Shown one piece after another: positions 42,010 through 55,660 of a stretch of 64,000 nucleotides of DNA. Every line of letters begins with the position of its first letter. Position 1 is the stretch's first letter. This DNA is from the human T2T-CHM13v2.0 reference genome, Homo sapiens. Position numbers and translations under genes: made by a program. Location of the stretch: the NCBI GenBank assembly GCA_009914755.4, contig CP086569.2, forward strand, positions 23,456,001 through 23,520,000. Reading direction: 5' to 3'. A model generated the notes under the pieces. The model made no database searches. It was not told where the DNA came from and saw only the letters and a program-made list of their open reading frames with translations.

Positions 42010-42989
42010 ATGTCTTGACTTTTATAGCTTCTGCCCAGGTATCTTGCTTCTAACCCTCCTGACTTTTGTATCTGTCAGGGTCCTCTGAGAGCAGGCACGT
42101 AGGCATTTCTCATCAGTCTTCATCATCACTCACTCTAGCAATATACTGAGCTTCTAAATTTTCCTTCCAAGAAGTCAAACTACCCAACTATTGCCCTGAC
42201 TTCTCAGGGTGATGACTAAGATTTTGAATACCATCTTGCCAATCTCGGGAAGCTAATGAATCCCAGCTTTTTGTAATCTCGAGATTCTAAAGAGGAAAAA
42301 GGATTGTTTTGTGAAAACTCAGCATGATTTTTAAACTTCCCTATTCATATAGTTTGAACATTTGTCCCTCCAAGCCTCAGGTTGAAATGTGGTCCTCCAC
42401 ACTGTAAATGGCACCTAGTGTGAGCTGTTTGTTTGTGTCATGGGGATGGATGCCTCATAAATGGCTTGGTGCCCTCGCCATGGTTAATAAGTGAGTTTTC
42501 CGCTCTATTAGTTCCCACAATGCAGCTTACATCCAAATAGGTTGTTGAGAAGTGCCTGATTACCTTCTCCCCTTCTCTCTCTTGCTCTCTCCACATGTGA
42601 CATGGCTTATTTCCTTTTACCTTCTGTCATGAGTGGAAGCCTCCTGAGGTTCTCGTCAGATGCAGATGCTGGCACCACAGATCTTTTACAGCCTGCAGAA
42701 CCAGGAGCCAATGAAAGATCTTTTCTTTATAAATTTTCCAGTCTCATATTCTTTTATAGGAACACAAAGAGACTAAGACGTGTATCTCTGGCTGGTAACT
42801 TGCCTATATCAGTAAGCAGTGGAGATCAGCATTCACTATTTCTTGTGTTCCATACGGGACAAAGAGGTGGTTTTCAGAGGTCCCATGAGCTCTTCCTTAT
42901 ACCCAACCCTTGGATTGCTCTACCTTTCAGCTTCTCCATGGAAGCACCCAACCTTTTAAACTCCTCCCTTAGGAACAGTATTTTGTTGT

Positions 42990-43314
42990 TGTTTTCATTT
43001 TTATTTATTTGTTTGTTTATTGAGATTGAGTCTCACTGTGTCACCTAGGTCGGAGTGTAGTGACATGATCTCAGCTCACTTCAACCTCCACCTCCTGGGT
43101 TCAAGAGATACTCCTGCCTCAACCTTCTGAGTAGTAGCTGGGACAACAGGCACATGGCACCAGGCCTGGCTAATTTTTGTTTTGTTTTGTATGTTTAGTA
43201 GAGAGGGGATTTCACCTTGTTAGCCAGGATGGTCTTGACCTCCTGACCTCATGATATGCCTGCTTCGGCCTCCCAAAATGCTGGGGTTACAGGTCTGCGC
43301 TACTGTGCTCAGCC
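42990..43314 (-). mobile_element. Alu SINE, antisense, with a T-rich head
   Basis: tgagattgagtctcactgtgtcacctaggtcggagtgtagtgacatgatctcagctcacttcaacctccacctcctgggttcaag...ggggttacaggtctgcgctactgtgctcagcc. Confidence 0.88.
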
Positions 43315-45121
43315 TGGACCAGACTTTTAACTTGCCTGTTTCTAGGGTCTGATGCGACAGAACAGGCATTCTGTGACTCTACTAATTCCCACCCTCTCTG
43401 CAAAAAACCTCAACTCACAACTATCCTTAGATACGGACACCTGAGTGAATGATTCTATAGCTTGGGATTGGATCTCTGACACATTTTTTTGACTGTAGAA
43501 CTGAGAATAGCCACACAGATAGGATAAAAGAACAGTTTTAATTTGATGCTTTTTCTCCTCCCCAAGCCAGCACAATGTTGCATACAAAAAATTCCCCTGA
43601 ACTCAAGTTTCTTCACAGAGGAGAGCGTTGAAGATGTACATTCTGTCCTTTCTTTTCCATTTTGCAATTCGTCACATGAAGTTCTCTCTAGTCTTACCCT
43701 GTGGGAAACAGTGGGGGTATCGGACAATGGCGGTCAATTAGAAACAAAGTACATGGATGGGGCTCACAGTGACCATAACAGTAATCTTACTCATGGCTTT
43801 GCATTCCAGCCAGCAGAGTTGCACCATCAGAAAAACTAGGCAACAGCATCATTCTGCAGCAACCAAACATGGTTAATGGGTCTGCCAGGCTCAAATCACT
43901 GGCCAACTGCCAAATCCCACCCTGGTTTTCTCTGCAAAACTTCCAAGGCTGTGACAAAGAGGCAGCTTGGTGATTATCCACGGAAGGGTCATGTGACCCC
44001 ACCCATTCCCAGCTGCCATACTTTTGACCATCCTAGCCCTGTGTGCTCCACCCATCCCCAGGCTGAAAAGCAGAGGCAATTTAGTGGTTAAGGATGAAGT
44101 TTCTGGCCCTACCTGGACCCAGTGGGCAAGTAGCTTATATGATAAGTCTTGGTACCCCTGGAAGGAAGTTCACTTCTGATGTATCTAGTGGAAATCACCA
44201 GGGTGTTAGAATCCCTAGAGCACATGACTTTATTGAGAAACAGAATTCCAGTCTCGGCTCCAGCCCCTCCCACTGCTGTTGGGAAGCAACTACCCTGCTG
44301 GGGAAAGGGCCTGTCTGAGCTAATGAATGTAGGCTGTCCAGGCTCTGTCCAGCAGAAAATGGATCTAGACTCTCCAGCCTCTGTCCCCTATAGGGATGAC
44401 CCACTCTCAGCTCTGGCCTTTCCACTTTAGTCAGGGAACTCTATAATCCTTGAGAAACTTTCTGGGCAATATGCAACTTTCTTAGGAGAGACCAGGCTCT
44501 AAATGATCTGTTCAACAGCGGGTGTCAAGGGACCTGATTGTCAGCCCCAGGCCCTTCTGCGGCAGGCAGAAAATTAGCTCAACCGTGCAGAGACCTTCCA
44601 GTAACCATCACAGCCAAAATTACAGGCATTCCATTCTGTGTTCTGCAACAGAATCTAAGTGGACACAGTCTCAGCTTCAGCTTGTCCAATTTCAATTTCT
44701 GAAATGGAATCATTAGTAATAAATAACCTACAAGCCAAAAAAAAAAAAAAAAAAAGCCCAGGAACCGATAGATTCCGGATGAATTCTACCAGATCTACAA
44801 AGAACTGCATCATATTCCATTGTGTGGGTGATCCCAGTTTGTTCAACTGGTTGTGTATGTATGCTTACACACACACACACAGGCACACACCTGTGTTTCA
44901 TGTTCCCTCAAAAAGCTGCAGTGGAAATGCCAGGCCAGCCTCTGGTATCATCCGAAGGATCAGTGGGGAAGGACCCACGCCTTTGCTTGCATTACATTGT
45001 TGCCAGCAACCCTGTCCACAATGGCATCTTTTCAGTGGTTTCTTACAGCTCTTTAGAGAATCTGCAATTATGTTTATTTGTATGGTTTACAATATATTCG
45101 TTAACCTTTATCTCTAAACTT

Positions 45122-45270
45122 GAGGCTGGGTACAATGGCTCAAGTCTGTAATATCAGTACTTTGAGAAGCTGATGTTGGAGGATGCTTTGAGCCCAAAAG
45201 TCTGAGACTACAGTGATGTATGATTCAGCCCGGTGACAGAGCAAGACCCTGCCTCTAAGTAAATAAATAA
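45122..45270 (+). mobile_element. Partial Alu / FLAM-like monomer with an (AAAT)n-like tail
   Basis: gaggctgggtacaatggctcaagtctgtaatatcagtactttgagaagctgatgttggaggatgctttgagcccaaaagtctgagactacagtgatgtatgattcagcccggtgacagagcaagaccctgcctctaagtaaataaataag. Confidence 0.7.
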
Positions 45271-45894
45271 GAAAAATACAACTGATAGTAATATTTTTGT
45301 TTTACAGTTTGGAAACACAAATTTCCTTGATCAAATAAATGAATATTTGATAGTCACTAACACAGGACATTTGCTTGTGTATGGGAACCAACGCAGGAAA
45401 GCAGTAGGATTAGATGCTCTTTCCCCGTAATCCCTGAACATGTATATACTGTGATGATGATAAGGGGTGAATTTGGATCAGGAAGTCTTTCTGCCAGAGC
45501 CATCAAAACTGTGGAAATAAAACCCTCCACAAATCAGGAAACAAAACAGTTTTTACTGATAATAGTAACTATAAAATCTTTTGCAGATTTGGTTTCATTT
45601 TTAATTTAGTGTAGATTAGGCAGCGTAACACAGACTACCCTGCCCCTAATAGTATGCGATTTGATGACAAATGTCAATTAGACTTGGTTGTTGAAAACTA
45701 CAAGAATCTTAGTTAACAGCGTAGTTACATGAATAATTTTGACAATATAAACCAGCTTATTTTAAACTTTCAGTTAGTCCACTAGACACCAAAATATTAT
45801 TTTAAACATAGTTCAGAATTGATGTGGATAATGGGCAAAATGGCAAGCTTCTATTTTTATTCATTTCCTTTGGTTTTATGCCTTTCATTCTCTC

Positions 45895-46020
45895 CTTTCT
45901 CCCCTTCCTTCCTTCCTTCCTTCCTTTTTTCCTTCCTCCCTCTCTCCCTTCCTTCCTCCATCCCTCTGTCTCTGTTTCTTCCTCCCTCCCTCCCTCCCTC
46001 CCTTCCTTCCTTCCTTCTTA
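45895..46020. repeat. (CCTT)n/(TCCC)n polypyrimidine microsatellite
   Basis: ccttccttccttccttcctttttt ccttcctccctctctcccttccttcctcc...cctccctccctccctccctcccttccttccttcc. Confidence 0.9.
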
Positions 46021-46050
46021 TTTTTCTGTATCTCTGTTTCTCTCTTTGAT

Positions 46051-46706
<656 letters not shown>

Positions 46707-49700
46707 CATATCTGTTTTAAAGCTCAGTTGATTAGCAATATTATCTTCCTGGAATGCTTTATGTTTACAAAACAACTATAGCATTATTATTTAGCCCCTT
46801 CGGATAAAATATGGTAGTACTCAAAACATACATACAGTCAGTGATCAAAAGATCAGTGTAGGCCAGGACCTAAAATGAAAGACGAGTTGCTGCAGTTGAC
46901 TAGCATTAAAGCAGACCAGAGTTGACCCATACCCAGCCAGGAGATGTGAACAGAGGCTTTCAAAAAACTCCATCAGATACATGTTAGATTATTCTCCAGC
47001 CATAGCAAGGGGACATTAAAGATCTGTTTGTGTTTAGAAGAGTCTCGATGGTTTGGCTTTTCCAGGGTATTAGCATTCGTGGCATTGGCCTTTAAAGCTC
47101 TCCGTAATTACTCAAATCAGTAGACAACTCAGTTTTTCTAGGAGTCTAAAGTGCTTTTCAAAATTATGTAAAACTTAATGGCTTAAAACAATAATTATAA
47201 TTTACTAACTTCAGTCTCTGCAGTCTTCCACAGTCTCTCAGCCAAATGATTGTGGTTCAGGGGCACTCAGGAGGATGCAATCTAATGATGGCTCAGGACG
47301 GTGACATTGTCAGGTGTCTTCTCATCTCCCTGGTGCCACGGCTAGCATAACTCAAATAGTGGGGCTGGACTGCTGAGATTCTCGGGCATCTCATTCTATT
47401 TCTATGAGTCTCTCCATGGGATGTCCCTTCTGCATAGTGTTATCAGGGTGTTAGACTTCGTGATATACTCGTCAGGGGCTCCTGAGGAGTTTGGCCCCAT
47501 GAGAGCAGGAGACTTAGGCAGAGCTGTGATACCTTTTCTAACCTAGGCCAGAAGTGGCCCAGTATCCAGAAAATGCTTGCACTGTTTTCTATTCATTAGA
47601 AGCAAGTGCTGTGTTCAGTCCCATCAGGAATATTTTCAAATGGGTTTGCAGAGAATTTCAGTGTTTTCGACCAGTACAATGGCGATGCCTAATAATTACT
47701 TATTTTTATAAGTGCTGGATGGGTTTTACCAAGCATAATAGCAGATACAGACTTTTAAGCTTAAAACCTAGATGTCATAGCTCTGAACATTTGGTTGTAT
47801 GTTGAAATAATTCTTACGGAAAAATTGACTTTGAAATGAGAGCTATAAATAAATAAAATAAATGAGATAAACTCATAAATATCTGCATGAAATGCTTATA
47901 AAGAGGTCAGCCTTAAAAATGTCATGAGGTCTAATGTGCCACTATTTTACTATTTCTATGGATATGACTTGGACAGGAGGACAAGGACTCAGGGGTCTGC
48001 TGGTCAGTCTCTGCAACTTGAAACAGCGGCTGGGGCACCAGGAGTAACACTTCCAGCCAACACCATGTAGTGAGGACAAGGAGTCCATCTGGGTTAAGGA
48101 GGGTGTCAGCATAATGTGACCTGAAGGAGAGGTACACCTTCTACAACCAGGATCAAGTTCTCTGGCATTGAAATCCGCCATGCCCAGCTGTGGCAGAGTG
48201 AATTGCTCAGCTGGTGCTGGGTTTCTAGGTGTGTTCGGGAAGCAGCTCCCTGGGCTGGGAAGGATCCCCTCATTCCCTTGCCATGTGGGAGGGTGAGGTT
48301 TGTGGCCTCTGCTCTGTCTGTTCCAGCTCTTTCCCTTCCCATTATCCTGCTGCTGGGAAAGATGGCAGGACCCTGGAATGGAGAAGGGCCCTGGGTTGTT
48401 GACAGTGCCTGTGGGTGGTCATGTACTAGGAGGAGAGTCCTCACTGAGCCTCCTGTGAGCTTGGAGGCTGGGAAGGAACACTTATGGGGCACTGGCTGTT
48501 CCAGAGTCCAGGGGCCTGTCCCGGAGAAGCCTGGGGGGAAGTCGTTAAGCCTGTGGTTCTGCAATCTAGGTGGAAGAGCTGTATCTGCCATGGCTGACAT
48601 CATCAGGGCAAGACACCCACTGGGTGGAGAGCTGGACTTATGCATTTTTATCCCTGTCCTGAAGGGACCCTGCATGCCTGCCTCTCCGGGGACCAGTCAT
48701 CCTGGGGACCCCCTCTCTGGGACCACTCATGACCATAAGCTTAGGCTCTTGTGTGCCTTGCTTCCTGTCTGCCCAGGTGAGGCAACCTGGAGAGGATATG
48801 CGGGGCGAAGCTCATGTGCACACGTGCAGCACTGGAACGGGGTGTCACCAGCCAGTTAGGCCGCTGCTCACCAGGCCCTCTCCTGAGCTCCCACCTGGCT
48901 AAGTGGTAAGTGTCCCATCTACATGACCCTGCAGCCCAGGGTTTCTCCTCCACCTACCAACCCTCTTGGGGAGAATGCCATCTTCCCTGGAGACTCAGGA
49001 CCTGCTGGACCCACATGCTGTCCTCCTCTCTCATGGGCTGGACACTGTCTAGTGCACAGGGATTCCTGGATAGCGAATCCCAAAACCCCACGGGTTCCAT
49101 TGCTTCTTCCCTGAATGCCTGCCTTCCCCAACCGAACACACAGGAAGACCCAGCTGCTAGGTTTTATTTCCCGCCAGGTGTCATTTCAGGTCCATGACAT
49201 CTCCTATAGGTAGCTCGCACCAGGCACCCATTTCCTCCTACTACCTCTGCCATTTGTGAAAACCATGAGGACTCTTCCTGTCTCCCAAAAGGGCAGGCTT
49301 CACAGGTCCTGAAGTTGGACTGCCAAACCCCGCAGTGCCCTGCTTGCCAGCTCAAGAGCTGAGTTTGAGGCACACATGTGGGCAGGAGTGTGGCCCCCCC
49401 CAAATCAAGGTACACAAAGGTACACAGGCACAAGTGTGCACATGCGTGCACAGCTCAGACACGGAGGCTAGAACATACCCACCCTCATACTGGTATGATT
49501 GAAACTGGGTGACTACACCAATACTAATGTGGACCTTAATGCTCAGCCACATTCCTTCGCTACACACACAGAGAAGGTTCCCTGCCATTTAACTGATCAT
49601 CTACAATGGTATTTACTTTTACTTTCATACTTTTTTTTAACTTACCAAAGTATGTTGCATTCTTTCCCCCGTCATGAAAGACTTTGATACAAGTAAGGAG

Positions 49701-49819
49701 GAAGGGCACTTTTTATAATAAAATCCTGTATCTGCATCTGTATTATTAAGGCATTTAAAAAACTTTATGTCTATTTTTTAATGTCATAGGAAATGTCTCA
49801 GGGGCCGGGGAAACATGAG

Positions 49820-52590
49820 TGAGGATGGCAGAGGGGAGAAAGCATGTCAGGGGAGACTGGGGTCATTGAACCAAAACATGACACGACTGGGATAGCCATT
49901 CTAGAAGGACACAGACCTAGACACGCCTCAAGTGCACCTCTCTGTGGCAGGTAAGAGGGCCCTAGTGGAGGCCAAACTGAGCCCCAGGTGGTAGCAGGCC
50001 TCAAGGCGTGGAAGGGAGCCAGAGAAGGATGATGCGGCAGCTATCCATTGAGATTGCTTCTCACCCATTGACCTTTGCCACTTCTGTGTCTTAGGTGACT
50101 TTGGGTGCCCCAGTTCTGAAATATGAGTGTTACAGTTCCCTGATGGGCTTTTCTCCCTCAGCCCAGGGATGGCCTGGGATTTCTCAGTGCAGGCTCCTCC
50201 CCGAGCCTTGAGTTCTCCATGTGTGTCCCAGCTCCAGGACCCACAGGCCTCTGAGCCCCCAGCCCTGGGTTGCTTACCTGGTTTCCTCTCTGTTTCCTCT
50301 CTGAGGGCCTAACTCCTTCCGGTAGTGCTGCAGGGGGATTGAGACAGAGGCCCTGAATGATGATCTGGGGGACTGAGAAAAGGGATCCGTGACTGGTCAG
50401 GTCATGGTTCAAAGCCAGTTCCCCAGATGCCAAGGAAAGACCAGCAAGGTCCTTTCCCATGACACCCCTCAGCGGTGCCCACCTCAGCAATCCTGGCTGA
50501 CCTTTAGTGGTCACGGTCAGCCAACCAGCGGAAGAAGCTCAGTTAGGCTGTGTCCTGCCTGAAGCTGGGGTCTTCTGCTGCATGACTCTAGAAACACTGG
50601 ACTACAGTAGAGACAGATGCCATGTATCCTGGAGCAAGAAGATTTGGGTAGGCTCATGCCAGGCCTAGCCTCCCACACTCCACCCGCTCTATCATTCCGG
50701 GAGGCACTCCTTACCGAGGATGCCAACACGATATTCCTTAAAGATCACTTCATTGTGGAAATAAAGACTGTGACAAAAGGAACACTTCATCCTGCCACCA
50801 GTACCCTGGATGGCTGAGTTCCTCCACCTGCTACACCAAGAAGAAGAGGACAGACTCAAAGGATCCATTTCATCTAGTTGGGCTGAGGGCCTGCTGGCTA
50901 GGGTGAAGCATGCGTTTTCCCTTCCCAGCTCTCCCACTGAGACACCCCCAGACCCCAAGAGGACCTCAACCTGACCAGGACCCTCGATCCCTCCCCCAGA
51001 CCCAGGCACCCTAGCCTGATTTGCAAATCCATCCTGTAGCTTACTTAGCAGGACTTCCTCATGGTTTCTGAAACCTGCCGACATCTGGGTGTGCGGCACA
51101 ATCTGCCTCTGGTCAAGGAGCCTCCAGATGACTGGGTGGGTGTGCCAGGAAACACCCTGCAACTTTGCAAGAGCTGGGAGACTGTTGGGCAGGGCTATCC
51201 CCCAGACCTTTGGCCTGGCACTTTGCATTGGTGATCCTGTCTCTGTCCAGCATGAGGGGCACGGTAACGGATATGGTGGTCTTGTGGGCAAGTGGAGGGA
51301 GGCCCAGAAAGACTCTGCCAACAAGGAGTGGGGAGCACAAGTTGGCAGGGTTTGGGTGTGGGGTGCTGTGGTGTGAGGCAGTTGTTTCCTCAGAGTTCCT
51401 GAGCTGCACATGGCCCTTGTGCACTGGGTGCTAGATAGGCTCTGCTGAGGGTGTCAAGGTGTGTGGTACCCTCTTCTGTTCTCCCTGAGGGGTGGGTGTG
51501 TCCACTTGAGGGAACCGGTGTGGGTAGAAAGGACTGCAGGGCTGTACCTGGTGCTCCCCGTGGGGCTCATGTGTGTGCAACGGAGGCATGTGTGCAAAGG
51601 AGGATATATATGCTCAGGGCCCGCAGCTCTTTGGGTGCAACACAGGCAGAGGGAAGAAAGACTGTCTGGGTACCTGGTGCCTGCCTTGCAGAGGACAGCA
51701 GCCCCGTGCACCATGAACCCGAGTCTTGAGTACCTTGTGTTTCTGGTGTGAGGCCTCTGGACACACACACATGGGGAGTGGGTGTGGTTCGATGGCTGGT
51801 ATGAGCATGCAGACTCCCTTTCCTCCAAGGACTTTCCCAGGGAAACGTGCCCTTCAACTTTCTGCTGTGAGTGAAGGGTCCTTGACACCCCTATTTTCTC
51901 TTGTGAGTGCTGAGCTTGGCTCCCAGTCCCTATCACATGCTCTCAGGTCACCCTCAAGCAAGCTGCCCTACTATCTGCAGTATCCTTGCCTCAGCTCCCC
52001 TCGCTGTCTCCCATCCCCTGCCTCCTGGCTGACCCTGTGTGCCCCTGGCCTGGCTCCGTTGCTCCCCGCCCCCGGAAGCCCGACTCCCACCTCCTGCTGC
52101 CAGTCATCCCGAATGGGCAGTTACAAAGATATGGCTCTGGCCTAGAAGCCGGAGATGCCCTGGATGATGGCCCCTGTGCCCTCCAGGCCAGGCAGACACT
52201 TCTGACAAAGCTTCTGCCTCAGCCATGGGCAGGGCATGTGGCCTGGGGCATTCACGGAGCCCAGCTCCCTGTGAAGGACCTCCAGCGACTCTGTGGCCGG
52301 CTGGGGCATGCTGGGGCCAGGGCCAGGCTGTGTTCACTGGTCCTCCACCTGCCGCTCCATGTCGGCTTTCTCCTCAACCACCACCTAGACCACCGCCGTG
52401 ACGTCGTCCACCACCAGCACCTTCTCCTCCTACAGGGGCACCTCCACACTCCGTGCCCTGGCTGCCCTCTCCTGCAGAGCCTCCAATTTCAACAGGGTGC
52501 CTCCTTTGGAGGTCCCATTGCCTACAGCCTGCACTGTCACCTTCACGTCTGGATAGGTATATCCTTAAAATATACGTAAAGAAAAATAAC
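49820..52590 (-). pseudogene. TSPY-family gene copy B. It is a paralog of copy A in the same orientation, about 80% nt similarity, with about 750 bp of extra internal sequence. An exon-1 homolog lies at 52250-52560 (...VLVVDDVTAVV.VVEEKADMERQVE...). A segment ...PALAKLQGVSWHTHPVIWRLLDQRQIVPHTQMSAGFRNHEEVLLSKLQD lies at 51028-51156. The internal exon RMKCSFCHSLYFHNEVIFKEYRVGILG|gtaagg is at 50715-50795. ..QIIIQGLCLNPP.. is near 50310-50367. Its 5' end is truncated by an L1 insertion at about 52592
   Basis: Minus-strand translations are collinear with copy A and with the TSPY protein at [87 protein letters not shown] and ILCKDLWRNPLQ. A GTAAGG donor is retained after ...GILG. There are frameshifts and stops in the exon-1 region. 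Confidence 0.7.
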
Positions 52591-52591
52591 T

Positions 52592-53025
52592 TAAAAGTGT
52601 TCCTGTTTCTCCACATCCTCTCCAACATCTGTTGTTTCCTGACTTTTTAATGGTCGCCATTCTAACTGGCATGAGATGGTATCTCATTGCGGTTGCAGGG
52701 CCATGGATGAAGCTGGAAACCATCATACTAAGCAAACTATCACAAGGACAGAAAAACAAACACCACATCTTCTTACTCATAAGTGGGAGTTGAACAATGA
52801 GAACACATGGACACAGGTGGGGGAATATCACACATCTGCCCAGTTGGGGGGTGGGGGACTAGGGGAAGGATAGCATTAGGATAAATACCTAATGTCAATG
52901 ACGAGTTGATCAGTGCAGCAAACCAACATGGCGCATGTATCCCTATGTAACAAACCTGCACGTTCTGCACATGTACCCTAGAACTTAAAGTATAATTTTA
53001 AAAAATGAAAAAAAACTGAAAAGGA
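52592..53025 (+). mobile_element. Truncated LINE-1 (L1PA-like) 3' end with an inverted 5' segment, the twin-priming signature. The inverted piece is about 52592-52705 and the sense 3' end with its A-tail is about 52706-53025
   Basis: aagtgttcctgtttctccacatcctctccaacatctgttgtttcctgactttttaatggtcgccattctaactggcatgagatggtatctcattg is antisense L1 ORF2 3' sequence. It is joined to the sense segment catggatgaagctggaaaccatcatactaagcaaactatcacaaggacagaaaaacaaacaccacat...cctagaacttaaagtataattttaaaaaatgaaaaaaaa. Confidence 0.8.
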
Positions 53026-55597
53026 AAAATGGCTCTCCAAACCCAAATACTAAACAGAAAATTAGTATCAAGTGGCCTAGAATGTAATTTACATGAAAAT
53101 GTCACAAACATTCAGCAGATAGTTTCTAAATGCTACAATAAGCCTGACAGTCTGCAAGAAGCTCAGAAAAACATGGTCCTTGCTCTTCTCAGAGTGCAGT
53201 TGTTACAGGCACAGATAAATGAGGAATAATAAGTATGATAACTGCTGTAATAGGCAAATACAGGAACTATAACTGGAAATAAAGACAATGATTTTGATAA
53301 ACAAAACTTTAATAAACAATGAAATATTTAAAAAAAAAGACTCATGATTTTAATAAACGTTGCCTCCTTCTTCCCTCCAGAAGAAAACTCATGCCTCTGC
53401 TTTATTGGCTGACATGTTCCTAAGGAGATGTAACAGGTCTGATTTGTATTAGTAAATCACATTTGCCTCATTTATGAAACATGTGTTTAAAAATCCTCTT
53501 AAAGGTCAAATGAGACTATTTGCTGTTGCTGGATAAATTGTCAAGTGCTACCCAAATATTATTTTCTCATGGTGATTTATACCGTGTGTATATTACATAG
53601 TTAGCGTAGCATTCTCATAAAGGAAACCTTGAAACACATCTGCTGCTCGGTTTTTATTTTTCAACTGTTTCAGTCATTATTATTTATCACATGCTTTCTA
53701 GGGGCTTTTGAATTTTAAAGAGATATGTATACACCAAAAAGAGAAGGACAATGAAATTGTGAGACTACAGTCATAATGATTTCATTGATTAATTCAATTG
53801 TTTACAGGGCTAGATTAGATTATATTTCTCCCAAAAGATTCTCGGAGAAATTCTAAGATGACGCACCCACTGTTTGAAATGGCCAAAAAGTTGTTGCTTA
53901 AGTTAGAGTTAACTCTTTTTAAAGCCTGAAGATAAAGTAATAGTTTCGTGAATTACAACAGGGAAAATAGGATTTTTAGTGCTACTTGCTCTCATCAGAA
54001 ATAATCGTTAACTTTTAAATTGTTCTTTATGTCACATTAAATTTTTCATTTCCATCTCATGTTTTGGATGTGGTATGTATTTTTAAATGCATTTTCACCC
54101 TTATTGTGCTTCTGTGAGAAACTGCAGATTTAAGTTCATATCATAATTATCTTTTAGTTTTATTTGTTTGTTCCTAAAGGTTCACAGAAATAAAGAATTC
54201 CATTTATGCTTGTATCTTTCAGCAACCTCATTTCAGATAACGGTGCACATTATTGCAGGTATCACATGTACAGGTCCAAAGGGAGAAAAAGAAGAAAGTA
54301 AGCTTTTAAGTCTAAATATTTGTAACACTAGATCAGAAACTCAGTATTCATAGTGAAATCAAAAAATGATCACAGTCAATTCCATCTCATACCTAGACTG
54401 AAATAAGAACCTTCAAAAGCAAAGAAAGTTAAGAGCTTTGGGCTTGTCAAAATTTTCCTATACAGATAAAATTATTGGTGACTTTCTCTCACTAGAAAAC
54501 ATAAACAAAAATTCATCCTTCATATATGTGTAAATAAAATATTTTTATTTCTATCAGTTATAACATGCAAGCAAGTAATACAGTGAAAGTACAATAATAA
54601 AACGATATAAGGAAATTTCTCTGTGTCAACAAATTCCATCGAGGCCATTAATTTTACAAAACCCATAGAGAATACTTCATGAAACTACATTATACTCTAC
54701 TCTTTAGTATTTTACTTACATTTTAAATAATCAACAAATTAAATAAAATTCTTAATCATTATTTATTACCAATAACATTATTCTACTCAAGTAATCCTTT
54801 TGAGATTAAATATTTTAAATAAAACATTAAAAACAAATTGTATTGACTGATATCAGCTTTTGATGAAATAATACTTCTGTATTTGTAGTCATGTGAAGTA
54901 TAACTTTCTCCTCACAATGGATCTTTTATAACACCAGTGGTATTGCTTTCTCTGATACAAAGCCTTTTTGATCTCACAGCTTTACTGTATCTACATATTA
55001 CATTCCTCCAGATAGTAGGCTTCAAACAGATGGAAAAAATTATATTTGTGACAAAATTCTAGGAAAGGGAATGGTAAAACGGGACAATAATTTCTAAATT
55101 TCTAACTGTTCATCCATGGATTTGGATATATTAAGATATAGACAAATATTTGCACACTGCAAGTTTGCACATGTGTTTATGAATTTAAATGAGGTATCCA
55201 TAATGTATGGGTTGTGTAATCTTTTAATTAATCCTCAATTTTACATGTGGGAAATTTGAAAAGGGTTTATCCTTATCAAATACTCAATTCGAAGTACTAT
55301 ACTGAATGTATAGTACTTTGATGTAAAGCCAACAAAATCTCTGTCAACGTTCATTTCAATTAATCCATTGATGTTAACTGCTGATAGCTTCATTCTCCTT
55401 GATCCCTGTTGGCAGCCTGAAAGCTAATTCTCACTCTAATTCAGCACTCAGGGTGCCACCCACAAGTGACTAACACCTTGCTGTGGATTGTGACCTCTGA
55501 CTCTACCACTTTTGTCCTATAACAGTCCTACCTTTGCATATTTAATGAACTTTGTACATGGTTAAAAAATAAAACTGTAGTGAAATGTCAGGCCATG

Positions 55598-55660
55598 CTG
55601 TGAGATGTTCCATTGCTTCTGTATCTCTAATTAGATGTTCCATTGCTTCTGTATCTCTAA
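55598..55660. repeat. Local tandem duplication, 2 x about 30 bp (gatgttccattgcttctgtatctctaatt)
   Basis: Two adjacent, near-identical copies. Confidence 0.85.

Noticed and set aside
42602-43048. 148-aa + strand ORF (MAYFLLPSVMSGSLLRF...)
   Set aside because: It runs through sequence with interspersed-repeat character (..ttataaattttccagtctc...ataggaacacaaagagactaagac.. motif) and into the T-rich head of an antisense Alu. It has no recognizable protein homology
48106-48859. Overlapping 189-aa (-) and 218-aa (+) ORFs
   Set aside because: Mutually overlapping ORFs in a GC-rich block are expected by chance. No conserved motifs were recognized. Reported as an unexplained block, not as genes
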